From an uncultured Candidatus Saccharibacteria bacterium (GTDB lineage Bacteria; Patescibacteriota; Minisyncoccia; Minisyncoccales; Staskawiczbacteraceae): a DNA stretch of 40,383 nt. Each line of letters opens with the position of its first letter. Within the stretch, counting starts at the first letter, position 1. Shown here piece after piece: positions 1-7,908 of this stretch. The DNA lies in contig CAYJSA010000001.1 of assembly GCA_964372785.1 (NCBI GenBank), positions 2,226 to 42,608 of the forward strand, written 5' to 3'. Under the pieces are notes generated by a model that was given only the letters and a program-made list of their open reading frames with translations, was not told the origin of the DNA and did no database searches. Both the position numbers and the translations under genes were made by a program.

Positions 1-37
1 CAATGGAAGCTGTGGCTCTAATCAATTAGTCTAAATA

Positions 38-475
38 ACCTTGAATTACGAAATGGTTTCTAGCCCCAATCTCAAAAATACTCCACCCGCGATCTTGGCT
101 GGTTGCCCATGCGACAAGGCGTGAGCGCAAGATGTGGCAAGCCACATCTTGCGCGAAACAACACCGTCACATGGGCAACCAGCCAGATCCCAAGGGGTTG
201 CGGCCAGGTTACCCGAGTGCGTCGTTAAGGTGGTAACGATGTAGTAAACTACATCGTTACCACCAAGCCTAGCCCTCGGGTAACCTGGCACGCAACGCGG
301 GATGGATTATTTTTGAGATGGGGTCTGGGATTTACCCCAATTTTTGTGATAGAAATTTGATAAAATTTTAAGGTGTAGCCAAAGGCTACGCATGAAAATT
401 ATAGCGGATTTATAGCCAAAAATTGGGGGAAAGACAAGAAATGTTATTTTCATTGTCCATTTCGTAATTCAAGGT
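38..475. mobile_element. MITE-like non-autonomous element with a GC-rich nested-hairpin core
   Basis: Perfect 19-nt terminal inverted repeats ACCTTGAATTACGAAATGG (38-56) and CCATTTCGTAATTCAAGGT (457-475). AAATA lies on both outer flanks (33-37, 476-480). Interior near-perfect helices: 64-80/308-323, 91-111/170-189, 125-138/141-154, 204-217/275-288, 230-245/248-263, 344-354/418-428. No SD-led ORF. Confidence 0.5.
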
Positions 476-483
476 AAATAAGT

Positions 484-533
484 AAACACGCCACCAACAC
501 GCCACGAGCTCGTGGCGTGTTGGTGGCGTGTTT
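484..533. repeat. 50-bp perfect zero-loop palindrome; probable terminator of the 589..795(-) gene
   Basis: AAACACGCCACCAACACGCCACGAG|CTCGTGGCGTGTTGGTGGCGTGTTT, with 25-nt arms built from the tandem word AACACGCCA. It lies just downstream of the minus-strand stop. Confidence 0.7.
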
Positions 534-588
534 GAACTGGGGCAAAAAAAGAGCCAGCGACTTGGAAAATCGCTGGCATGGGCATTCG

Positions 589-795
589 TTACACTGGCCC
601 CAGGAACGGGCTGGGTCTCGCTTGAGCTTTGGCTTCGTTCTCGAAAGGTCCGCGGACTTCGCTAATGGAGCCCAGTGCGCCCCCCATGAGCTTTTGGGCT
701 TCAGGGAATAAGGCGCCACGGTCGGCAGAAATGATTCTCCCGACTTTCAGGAAATTTCCATCTCGCCAGAAGTAGTCAATAATGTACAGGTCCAA
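589..795 (-). CDS. 68-aa hypothetical protein (GC-rich cassette A)
   Basis: TTG start 5 nt after AGGAGG. It has its own promoter and a palindromic terminator. Shares the motif RDGxxxKVxRI with the 3480..3680 product. Confidence 0.55.
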   Translation of the reverse strand: MDLYIIDYFWRDGNFLKVGRIISADRGALFPEAQKLMGGALGSISEVRGPFENEAKAQARPSPFLGPV

Positions 796-856
796 TTGGT
801 CCTCCTGCTGTTTTGAGGCCAGCTGCCTACGGGTTTTGGGAGTTAAGACACATAGA

Positions 857-885
857 ATAATATCATTTTTTATAGATTACGTCAA
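857..885 (-). promoter_or_regulatory. sigma70-like promoter for cassette A
   Basis: On the minus strand: TTGACG (885-880), 17-nt spacer, TATTAT (862-857). Confidence 0.45.
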
Positions 886-931
886 ACCAAGCACCATTTT
901 TTGGAGCTGAAAAGTGGTACTCGGTAAATAT

Positions 932-960
932 TTGACATTAAACAAGAAAAGGCATAATAT
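932..960 (+). promoter_or_regulatory. sigma70-like promoter for murA
   Basis: TTGACA (932-937), 17 nt, TAATAT (955-960). The predicted TSS near 967 leaves only ~6 nt before ATG 974. Confidence 0.45.
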
Positions 961-973
961 TATGAATCAAAAC

Positions 974-2233
974 ATGGACAAGTTTATCATTAATGGCAAT
1001 AAAGAATTAGCAGGAGAAATTGAGGTGAGGGGCTCAAAAAATGCCGCAGGCCCGGCTTTGGCTGCCTGTTTGCTTACAACGGAATCCGTTACTATTGATA
1101 ATTTACCTTTAATTGATGATATTAAAAATACCATCGGAGTGTTAGAAAGTTTAGGAGCCCAGGTTGAATGGCTTGGCGAAAGGAAAGTAAAAATAACTGC
1201 TGAGAATATAAATCCGGAAAAGATTGATGTGGAAAAAGTTTCAAAAACGAGAATGTCGGTGGTGCTGTTCGGGTCTTTACTGGGGAGAGTCAAAGAATTT
1301 AAGATTTCTTCTCCTGGTGGAGACGTGATAGGTATCAGGCCCATTACCGTGCAATTAAAAGCTTTGGAAAAAATTGGCGCCCACATTGAACGCGAAGGTT
1401 TGATGTATCATGTGTGGCGCGATGAATTGTTGGGTAAGGAAATTATTTTGGGAGAATTTTCGCCAACTGCTACTGAAGCTTTAATGCTTGCGGCGGTATT
1501 GGCAAAGGGTAAAACCGTGATAAAGGGGGCGGCATCAGAATTATCAGTACAAGACCTTTCAAAAATGTTAGTCAGCATGGGAGCCAAGATAACATGGAAG
1601 GGGAGCCACACCATTGAAATTGAAGGTGTCCAAGCCCTGCACGGCTGCGAACATTCTGTTGAGCCGGACCACTTGGAGGCGGGAACGTTTATTGTTATCG
1701 GCGCCCTGACTCCCGGACGCGTGGTGGTTAAAAATATCAATTTTGATTACCTTGATTTATTTTTATATAAACTTGAAGAAATGGGAGTAAATTTTGACCG
1801 GGGTGACAACCAGATTACCGTTTTTTATTCACCGTTTTTAAAACCTGTTAGGGCACAAGCATTGCCACACCCCGGGTTTCCCACGGATTTATTGCCCATT
1901 ATTATACCGCTATTGACCCGAGCGCAGGGAAAAAGCTTAATCCATGACCCCTTGTATGAAAACCGGCTAGGCTATGTGCAGGAATTGCGTAAAATGGGCG
2001 GAGATCTTGAAATTGTAGACCCTCACAGGGCATTTGTATTTGGCCCCAAACCGTTGGAAGGCACACATGTAAACTCTTTAGATGTGCGGGCCGGGGCAGT
2101 GCTTATTGTTGCGGCCTTAATGGCAAATGGCAAAACGGTAATTAATGATATCTTCCATATTGATCGCGGATATGAGAAAATAGAAGAGAGGTTGCAGCGC
2201 CTCGGAGCTGACATTAAGCGCGTGAGCGAGTAA
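974..2233 (+). CDS. murA: UDP-N-acetylglucosamine 1-carboxyvinyltransferase
   Basis: MDKFIINGNKELAGEIEVRGSKNAAGP is a canonical MurA N-terminus and the similarity is full length. ATG 974 is preferred over 914/962 because the promoter -10 ends at 960. Confidence 0.9.
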   Translation: MDKFIINGNKELAGEIEVRGSKNAAGPALAACLLTTESVTIDNLPLIDDIKNTIGVLESLGAQVEWLGERKVKITAENINPEKIDVEKVSKTRMSVVLFGSLLGRVKEFKISSPGGDVIGIRPITVQLKALEKIGAHIEREGLMYHVWRDELLGKEIILGEFSPTATEALMLAAVLAKGKTVIKGAASELSVQDLSKMLVSMGAKITWKGSHTIEIEGVQALHGCEHSVEPDHLEAGTFIVIGALTPGRVVVKNINFDYLDLFLYKLEEMGVNFDRGDNQITVFYSPFLKPVRAQALPHPGFPTDLLPIIIPLLTRAQGKSLIHDPLYENRLGYVQELRKMGGDLEIVDPHRAFVFGPKPLEGTHVNSLDVRAGAVLIVAALMANGKTVINDIFHIDRGYEKIEERLQRLGADIKRVSE

Positions 2234-2246
2234 TTTACATTTTTCT

Positions 2247-3254
2247 ATGTTTAATACAAAAATTGCCATTGATCTTGGCACCTGTAATTCTTTAGTATAC
2301 GTCCGCGGAAAGGGCGTAGTTTTATCTGAACCATCAGTGGTGGCCGTTTCGTTATCCGATAACCGGATTTTAGCCGTGGGCGAGGGGGCGAAAGAAATGA
2401 TCGGCAGAACTCCGGCTGATATTAAAGTATACAGGCCTCTTAAAGACGGGGTGATTGCTGATTATAAAGTAACCCAAGCAATGATGCGCCATTTTATTTC
2501 AAAAACCACCCGGCATTTTAGATTTTTCAAACCAGAGTTAGTTATTTCCGTACCAGCGGGAATCACCTCAACCGAGCGGCGCGCGGTTATTGAAGCAGCT
2601 TTGTCTGCGGGGGCTCGAAGCGCCTTTGTGGCAAAGGAGCCTATATTGGCCGCCATTGGCGCGGGTATTCCTATTAACTCTTCCTCTGGACACATGATTA
2701 TAGATATCGGCGGAGGCACTTCAGAAGTTGCCGTAATCTCTTTGGGTGGAATTGTAACCAGTCATTCAGTCAGAGTGGCGGGAGATAAAATAGATGCCGC
2801 CATTGCCGAATACATTAAAAAGAAATATAACTTGGCGATTGGAACTCAATCAGCCGAAGACATAAAAATAAAAATTGGCACTGCCTTGCCGCAAAAAGAC
2901 CCGAAGTACATGGAAATCCAGGGCAGGGATTTGATTTTGGGCTTGCCGCGCAACATTAAAATTTCCAACAATGAAGTGTGCGAGGCTATTTCTGATACGC
3001 TGGCTGAAATTATTCAGGCCGTAAAACATGTGTTAAGTGAAACTCCGCCGGAACTTTCTGCGGATATTATGAATAAAGGAATTATCATGGCAGGCGGAGG
3101 TGCGCTTTTACCAAAAATCAATGAGTTGGTTGCCCAGAGCACCGGTGTGCCATGTTTTATTGCCGAAGAGCCGTTATTTTGTGTTATCAAGGGAACAGGA
3201 ACAGTTTTGGAACATTTGGAGGAGTATAAGAAGGTGGTGATGAGCAAGAAATAA
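2247..3254 (+). CDS. mreB: rod-shape determining actin homologue MreB
   Basis: IAIDLGTCNSLVYV, DIGGGTSEVAVISLGG and GGGALL motifs. Confidence 0.9.
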   Translation: MFNTKIAIDLGTCNSLVYVRGKGVVLSEPSVVAVSLSDNRILAVGEGAKEMIGRTPADIKVYRPLKDGVIADYKVTQAMMRHFISKTTRHFRFFKPELVISVPAGITSTERRAVIEAALSAGARSAFVAKEPILAAIGAGIPINSSSGHMIIDIGGGTSEVAVISLGGIVTSHSVRVAGDKIDAAIAEYIKKKYNLAIGTQSAEDIKIKIGTALPQKDPKYMEIQGRDLILGLPRNIKISNNEVCEAISDTLAEIIQAVKHVLSETPPELSADIMNKGIIMAGGGALLPKINELVAQSTGVPCFIAEEPLFCVIKGTGTVLEHLEEYKKVVMSKK

Positions 3255-3310
3255 ACGAATCCCGCGAATCGGGTGCTGCGGCATCACGAATTTACACGAA
3301 TCACGAATTT

Positions 3311-3350
3311 GCGGCGGCGGGCGAAAGCCCGCCGCCGTTTGTTTTGTTTT
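3311..3350 (+). terminator. intrinsic terminator after mreB
   Basis: GCGGCGGCGGGC-GAAA-GCCCGCCGCCGT followed by TTGTTTTGTTTT. Confidence 0.7.
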
Positions 3351-3357
3351 ATTAAAC

Positions 3358-3399
3358 CATATAGCGTAAAAGAAAAACGTTTTTCTTTTACGCTATATG
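3358..3399. repeat. 42-bp perfect zero-loop palindrome
   Basis: CATATAGCGTAAAAGAAAAAC|GTTTTTCTTTTACGCTATATG. Confidence 0.8.
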
Positions 3400-3439
3400 A
3401 ACATTCCGGAAGCAGTGATAGTTTTTACAAAAAAATAGA

Positions 3440-3464
3440 GCCCGCGAACTTCCTGTTCGCGGGC
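3440..3464. terminator. bidirectional hairpin terminator (serves cassette B on the minus strand)
   Basis: GCCCGCGAAC-TTCCT-GTTCGCGGGC, with an A-run at 3428-3435 and a T-run at 3465-3468. Confidence 0.65.
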
Positions 3465-3479
3465 TTTTGGTTTGACGCA

Positions 3480-3680
3480 CTATATTTCAAGTGCTTCTTT
3501 TTCGCTACCCACAGGGCCGTGTGTGAATCGGCCAAGAAATTGGCCTGAGGGAAGTTGTTTTCCGGCTTCTCGGATTTTACCTTCGGCCTCGGATTCATCT
3601 TGGCCAGGTTTGGCGATTCGAGACACTTTCGTTTTTGTGCCGTCGCGCATTTCGTAGACATTTCTGAAGTGCCACTCCAT
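3480..3680 (-). CDS. 66-aa hypothetical protein (GC-rich cassette B)
   Basis: ATG 3680 is preceded by AAAGGA. Start MEWHFRNVYEMRDGTKTKVSRI... chosen over the track start at 3737, which has no SD. Confidence 0.5.
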   Translation of the reverse strand: MEWHFRNVYEMRDGTKTKVSRIAKPGQDESEAEGKIREAGKQLPSGQFLGRFTHGPVGSEKEALEI

Positions 3681-3732
3681 GTTTTTCCTTTCGAAAGATT
3701 GGGGTGTGTGGGGATTTGGTGGTGTCGCTGTA

Positions 3733-3761
3733 TTCATAGCATGTAAAAGTTGCTACGTCAA
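3733..3761 (-). promoter_or_regulatory. sigma70-like promoter for cassette B
   Basis: Minus strand: TTGACG (3761-3756), 17 nt, TATGAA (3738-3733). Confidence 0.45.
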
Positions 3762-3764
3762 TGC

Positions 3765-3793
3765 TTTACTGCCAAGTTCAAGTTTGTTAGAAT
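3765..3793 (+). promoter_or_regulatory. promoter for holB with leaderless geometry
   Basis: TTTACT (3765-3770), 17 nt, TAGAAT (3788-3793). The A of ATG 3800 is exactly 7 nt after the -10. Confidence 0.4.
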
Positions 3794-3799
3794 GCATCC

Positions 3800-4609
3800 A
3801 TGGAATACGAAAAACAGTTCCAATTTTTGAAGGGTAAATTTGAGGCCGGACAGTTGGGACATGCATACGTGTTTTCTGGTCAGGATATTGAAAGTTTGAA
3901 AAGTTTTGCCAATGATTTTGTCAAATTTATAAACTGTAAATTTCCGGATGTGTTTGTGGTCGCCTCGCAAAATAGTAAAAGCTCATTAAAAGACGGCGAA
4001 GATAAAGAAGAAATTGATATTGCCTTAATCCGTGAGGCACAGAATTTTTTAAGTTACAAATCATATTACGGGGGATATAAAACGGTTATCATAGAACATG
4101 CCGAAAGAATGAATGCCGAGGCCCAGAATTGTTTTTTAAAAAGTTTAGAAGAGCCCAAAGGTAATGCATTGATTATCTTGTTGTCGTCAAAGCCAGACAC
4201 GTTGCTGCCGACCATTGCCTCGCGATGCCAGCAAATTAAGTTCGCAAGTGATATTGTCCAACGATTGTTGCCCGAAGAGAAAGTAATCCTGCAAGATTTG
4301 TTGAAAGTTTTTCCGATGGATTTGGCAGAAAAATTTGTGTACGCAAAAAGTGCCGCCCTGGATGCCAAAAACGTAAGCGCGATACTAGAAACAATTAAAA
4401 AGTACTTTCGGCATTTGTTACTTTTAAAAATTGGCGCTGCAGGCACTCAAAATAAGAAAGATTTTACAATTCCGTCTGCTGTTTTAGATAAATATTCAGT
4501 GTTGAAAATTAAACAGATATTAATCCTTATTGAAAAAATATCGTATCAAGTGTTTACAACTAATGCCAACCCCAAATTGGCGCTGGAAATAATACTATTA
4601 GAGTTGTAA
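3800..4609 (+). CDS. holB: DNA polymerase III delta-prime subunit
   Basis: AAA+ clamp-loader-like protein: GHAYVFSGQD, SRCQ sensor motif. Confidence 0.75.
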   Translation: MEYEKQFQFLKGKFEAGQLGHAYVFSGQDIESLKSFANDFVKFINCKFPDVFVVASQNSKSSLKDGEDKEEIDIALIREAQNFLSYKSYYGGYKTVIIEHAERMNAEAQNCFLKSLEEPKGNALIILLSSKPDTLLPTIASRCQQIKFASDIVQRLLPEEKVILQDLLKVFPMDLAEKFVYAKSAALDAKNVSAILETIKKYFRHLLLLKIGAAGTQNKKDFTIPSAVLDKYSVLKIKQILILIEKISYQVFTTNANPKLALEIILLEL

Positions 4610-4696
4610 TGTTCTAATTGTTGTAATGTTTTAATGCACTACAACAAGCGAGCCCGCAGGCGAGCGATATAACACTACAACATTTATAACATTCAC

Positions 4697-5251
4697 ATGT
4701 CGTACAAAGAATTTATTGATAGGGTGCGCCCCGAGTTTGAAAAAGCCCTTGCTTTTTTAAATGGAGAATTGACTAAAATCCGTACTTCTCATGCCTCGCC
4801 GGCCTTGGTTGAAGATGTTGAAATTGATTACTTGGGTCAAAAATACGAACTGAAACAGTTGGCGGCCATTTCAACTCCGCAAACTAACCAAATTGTCATC
4901 CAGCCGTGGGACACTTCTTATATACAGCCCATTGAGCAGGCTATTTTAAAGTCGGGTTTGGGAATGTCTGCCGCGGTTGAAGGCAGTCTTATTAGGTTGA
5001 ATTTGCCAACGTTAACCCAAGAATACCGCGCCACATTAGTTAAGCTGCTTAACGAAAAAGCCGAGCAGGCTCGCCAGACCATGCGCCATGCCAGAGAAGA
5101 TGCCTGGAATAAAATACAAGCCGCCCAAAAAGCCAAAACTCTTACCGAAGATGATAAATTCAAGGGTAAAGATGAGTTACAAAAATTGATTGATGAATTT
5201 GGCAAAAAGATAAAAGAATTAATTGAAAAGAAGGAAAAAGAAGTTGCGTAG
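4697..5251 (+). CDS. frr: ribosome recycling factor
   Basis: Full-length Frr similarity: ...IRTSHASPALVEDVEIDYLG..., 184 aa. Confidence 0.9.
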   Translation: MSYKEFIDRVRPEFEKALAFLNGELTKIRTSHASPALVEDVEIDYLGQKYELKQLAAISTPQTNQIVIQPWDTSYIQPIEQAILKSGLGMSAAVEGSLIRLNLPTLTQEYRATLVKLLNEKAEQARQTMRHAREDAWNKIQAAQKAKTLTEDDKFKGKDELQKLIDEFGKKIKELIEKKEKEVA

Positions 5252-5395
5252 CGTAAATTTCTAATTAACCTAATTATACTAATTGACCTAATCAAATATC
5301 AATTTGGTGAAGGTCTAAATTTAAAGATTAGGCATTAGGATTTGGCATTTGATTAGAATAATTAGAGCAATTAGTATAATTAGAATAATTTTATA
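5252..5395. repeat. word-periodic inverted-repeat element (CTAATT / AATTAG family)
   Basis: The 5' arm has CTAATT/CTAATC x4 and the 3' arm has ATTAG x6. Related copies at 7839-7908 and 10216-10363. Confidence 0.6.
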
Positions 5396-6511
5396 ATGTT
5401 GGTAACATTATTAATCGCATTTTTTAGTCTCATTGCCCTCATGATTATTCATGAGTTCGGGCATTTTGTCATTGCAAAAAAATTCGGCGTAAGGGTAGAG
5501 GAATTCGGCATTGGGTATCCACCAAGGCTTTTCGGTAAAAAATTCGGCCAAACCCTGTATTCTATAAACCTTATCCCGTTAGGGGCGTTTGTTAGGATTT
5601 TTGGTGAAGAGGGTGATATCCACGACCCTAAGAGTTTCTCAAATTTAGCCATTTGGAAAAGAATATTCGTTGTGTTAGGAGGAGTTCTTGCCTTTTGGGT
5701 TGCCAGCATTATTATTTTTTCAGTCCTTTTTGTTATCGGTGCTAATGTGCCAATTGGGGATCAGGACATTGGCGGTTTAACTAATGCGAAAGTTGAAATT
5801 GTAGCTGTTGCCAAGGGTTCGCCGGCTCAAACAGCCGGACTTAAGGTGGGGGATGAAATAGTCAGTTTGAGTATTTCGGGCGTCAGCATGAAAATAAATA
5901 AAATTGCAGATTTCCAAACTTTCATTCAAAACAATAAGGGCAATGTCGTCAACGCAACAATACATAGGGTAGGCCAAAATCTTGCTATTAGTTTTACGCC
6001 AAGGGTTGATTATCCAAAGGGCGAGGGGTCTGTAGGAATTGGGTTGGAAAGAATAGCAACTCTTATTGAAAAAGTTCCTTGGTATCAAGCGCCGGTTAAG
6101 GGTACCATATATTGCGGACAGGTAACGTGGGGTGCCGTGCAGGGCATATTTAGTGTGTTTAAAAATATATTTATTGGTAAGGGGGTTCCCAGCGGTGCGG
6201 AACTTGCGGGCCCCGTGGGAATTACCATATTTTTAGCAAGAGCGGCAGATTACGGGGTCGGATTTTTTCTGTACTTTATTGGTTCAATATCGGTGTTTAT
6301 CGCTTTGTTCAATTTGTTTCCCATTCCGGCGCTGGATGGTGGTAAATTTGTATTTTTAATCATTGAAAAAGTAATGGGCAAACCCGTGCCAGCCAGCTGG
6401 GAACAAAAAATCACCGTTTTATTTTTTGTAGTATTAATAACGGCGTCAATTTTCGTGACGGTTAAATTTGATTTCCCGCGAGTGGCAGAATTTTGGAAAG
6501 CAGGGCTTTAA
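5396..6511 (+). CDS. rseP: RIP site-2 metalloprotease (M50) with PDZ domain
   Basis: HEFGH motif in TM1, PDZ-like GLKVGDEIV, NLFPIPALDGG motif. Confidence 0.85.
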   Translation: MLVTLLIAFFSLIALMIIHEFGHFVIAKKFGVRVEEFGIGYPPRLFGKKFGQTLYSINLIPLGAFVRIFGEEGDIHDPKSFSNLAIWKRIFVVLGGVLAFWVASIIIFSVLFVIGANVPIGDQDIGGLTNAKVEIVAVAKGSPAQTAGLKVGDEIVSLSISGVSMKINKIADFQTFIQNNKGNVVNATIHRVGQNLAISFTPRVDYPKGEGSVGIGLERIATLIEKVPWYQAPVKGTIYCGQVTWGAVQGIFSVFKNIFIGKGVPSGAELAGPVGITIFLARAADYGVGFFLYFIGSISVFIALFNLFPIPALDGGKFVFLIIEKVMGKPVPASWEQKITVLFFVVLITASIFVTVKFDFPRVAEFWKAGL

Positions 6512-6599
6512 TAATTTCAGATTTATGATTTCAGATTTCAGAATGGCGGGCGCTCGCTAGAAAATCTGCAATCTGCAATCTGCAATCTAAAATCAAAAC
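6512..6599. repeat. word-periodic inverted-repeat element (TTTCAGAT / ATCTGCA)
   Basis: TTTCAGA(T/A) at 6515, 6529 and 6536; GC-rich centre GGCGGGCGCTCGC; ATCTGCA x3 plus ATCTAAA in tandem (6564-6592). Confidence 0.55.
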
Positions 6600-7838
6600 A
6601 TGTTACAATCAAAACTCTTCTATAAAACAACGAAAAATAAAACTGCAGGAACTGAATCTATTTCGCACGATCTTTTAGTGCGCGCGGGGTATGTGGATCA
6701 ACTTATGGCCGGGGTGTATAGTTTTTTGCCACTGGGTTTTATGGTATTAAAAAATATTGAAAGTATTATCAGGCGCAGTATGGAAGAAATTGGTGGGCAA
6801 GAGTTACTATTACCCTCCTTGCATCCAAAAGAAAATTGGCAAAAAACAGGTAGGTGGAACACTGTAGACGTGCTTTTTAAATTAAAAGGATCTGGTGATA
6901 AAGACTATGCATTGGGATTAAGCCATGAAGAAGTAGTGGTTCCGCTTGCAAAAAAAATCATATTTTCTTATCGTGATTTGCCCTTTTACGTATTTCAAAT
7001 TCAGAATAAATTTAGGGACGAACTACGCGCTAAATCTGGAATTTTAAGGACTAGAGAATTTTTAATGAAAGATTTATATTCTTTTCACGCAACGCAAACA
7101 GATTTTAAAGATTATTACGAAAAAGCAGCAAAAGCGTACGTAAATATTTTCAAAGAATGTGGAATCGGTAGAATAACTTATAGGACTTTGGCCAGCGGAG
7201 GAAGTTTTTCAAAATATTCCGATGAATTTCAAACTATTACCAGTGCCGGGGAAGATTTGATTTATATTTGTAAAACATGCGGCACTGCAATTAATAAAGA
7301 AATAAAGGCGGAATACCCGGCGTGCCCAAGGTGCAAGGAAAATCAGTTTGAAGAAAAAAAATCTATTGAAGTCGGGAACATTTTTCCCTTGGGAACGAAG
7401 TTTTCGGTGCCCTTTGACCTGAAATTTACGGATAAAGATGGGCACGATAAACCAGTTATTATGGGCTGCTATGGAATCGGGTTGGGCAGGTTGTTGGGGA
7501 CTATTGTTGAAGCCAGTCATGATGACAAGGGAATCATTTGGCCCAAAAGCGTAGCGCCGTTTTTGGTTCACATTTTGCAATTAGATACTAAGCCAAAAGT
7601 GAAAAAAACCGCTCAAAAGTTGTATAAAGATTTACAAAAAGAGGGAATTAAAGTACTATATGACGATAGGGAAAATAAGACCGCCGGAGAGAAATTTGGT
7701 GAATCAGATTTATTAGGGATTCCTTATAGGATTGTTATTTCAGAAAGAACATTGCAGAAGGCTAGTGTAGAGTTTAAGGAGCGTGGCAAAGATACGATTA
7801 AATTGGTAAAACTAAGTCAAGTTGGGAAATTATTCTAA
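6600..7838 (+). CDS. proS: prolyl-tRNA synthetase, short form without INS editing domain
   Basis: Class II motifs (FRDELRAKSGILRTREF; GCYGIGLGR). A CxxC...CxxC insert (CKTCGTAINKEIKAEYPACPRC). Only 412 aa. Confidence 0.85.
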   Translation: MLQSKLFYKTTKNKTAGTESISHDLLVRAGYVDQLMAGVYSFLPLGFMVLKNIESIIRRSMEEIGGQELLLPSLHPKENWQKTGRWNTVDVLFKLKGSGDKDYALGLSHEEVVVPLAKKIIFSYRDLPFYVFQIQNKFRDELRAKSGILRTREFLMKDLYSFHATQTDFKDYYEKAAKAYVNIFKECGIGRITYRTLASGGSFSKYSDEFQTITSAGEDLIYICKTCGTAINKEIKAEYPACPRCKENQFEEKKSIEVGNIFPLGTKFSVPFDLKFTDKDGHDKPVIMGCYGIGLGRLLGTIVEASHDDKGIIWPKSVAPFLVHILQLDTKPKVKKTAQKLYKDLQKEGIKVLYDDRENKTAGEKFGESDLLGIPYRIVISERTLQKASVEFKERGKDTIKLVKLSQVGKLF

Positions 7839-7908
7839 TTACTCTAATTATTCTAAACGTTTTAGAAAATTAGGATTTCATTGGATTAATTAGGTTAATT
7901 CCGTTAAC
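7839..7908. repeat. short copy of the CTAATT / AATTAG element
   Basis: CTCTAATTATTCTAAACGTTTTAGAAAATTAGGATTT...TAATTAGGTTAATT aligns with 10290-10355. Confidence 0.5.

Noticed and set aside
46-795. ORFs 46..291(-), 450..719(-) and 517..711(+).
   Set aside because: The first lies entirely within the stacked perfect helices of the MITE-like element. The others overlap the palindrome at 484-533 or are out of frame with, or antisense to, the SD-led TTG-start ORF 589..795(-).
5252-6599. Short tandem word repeats in spacers, considered as possible CRISPR arrays.
   Set aside because: The periods are 7-13 nt with no unique spacers, the arms are reverse complements of each other, and no cas genes or 25-40-nt repeats are present.
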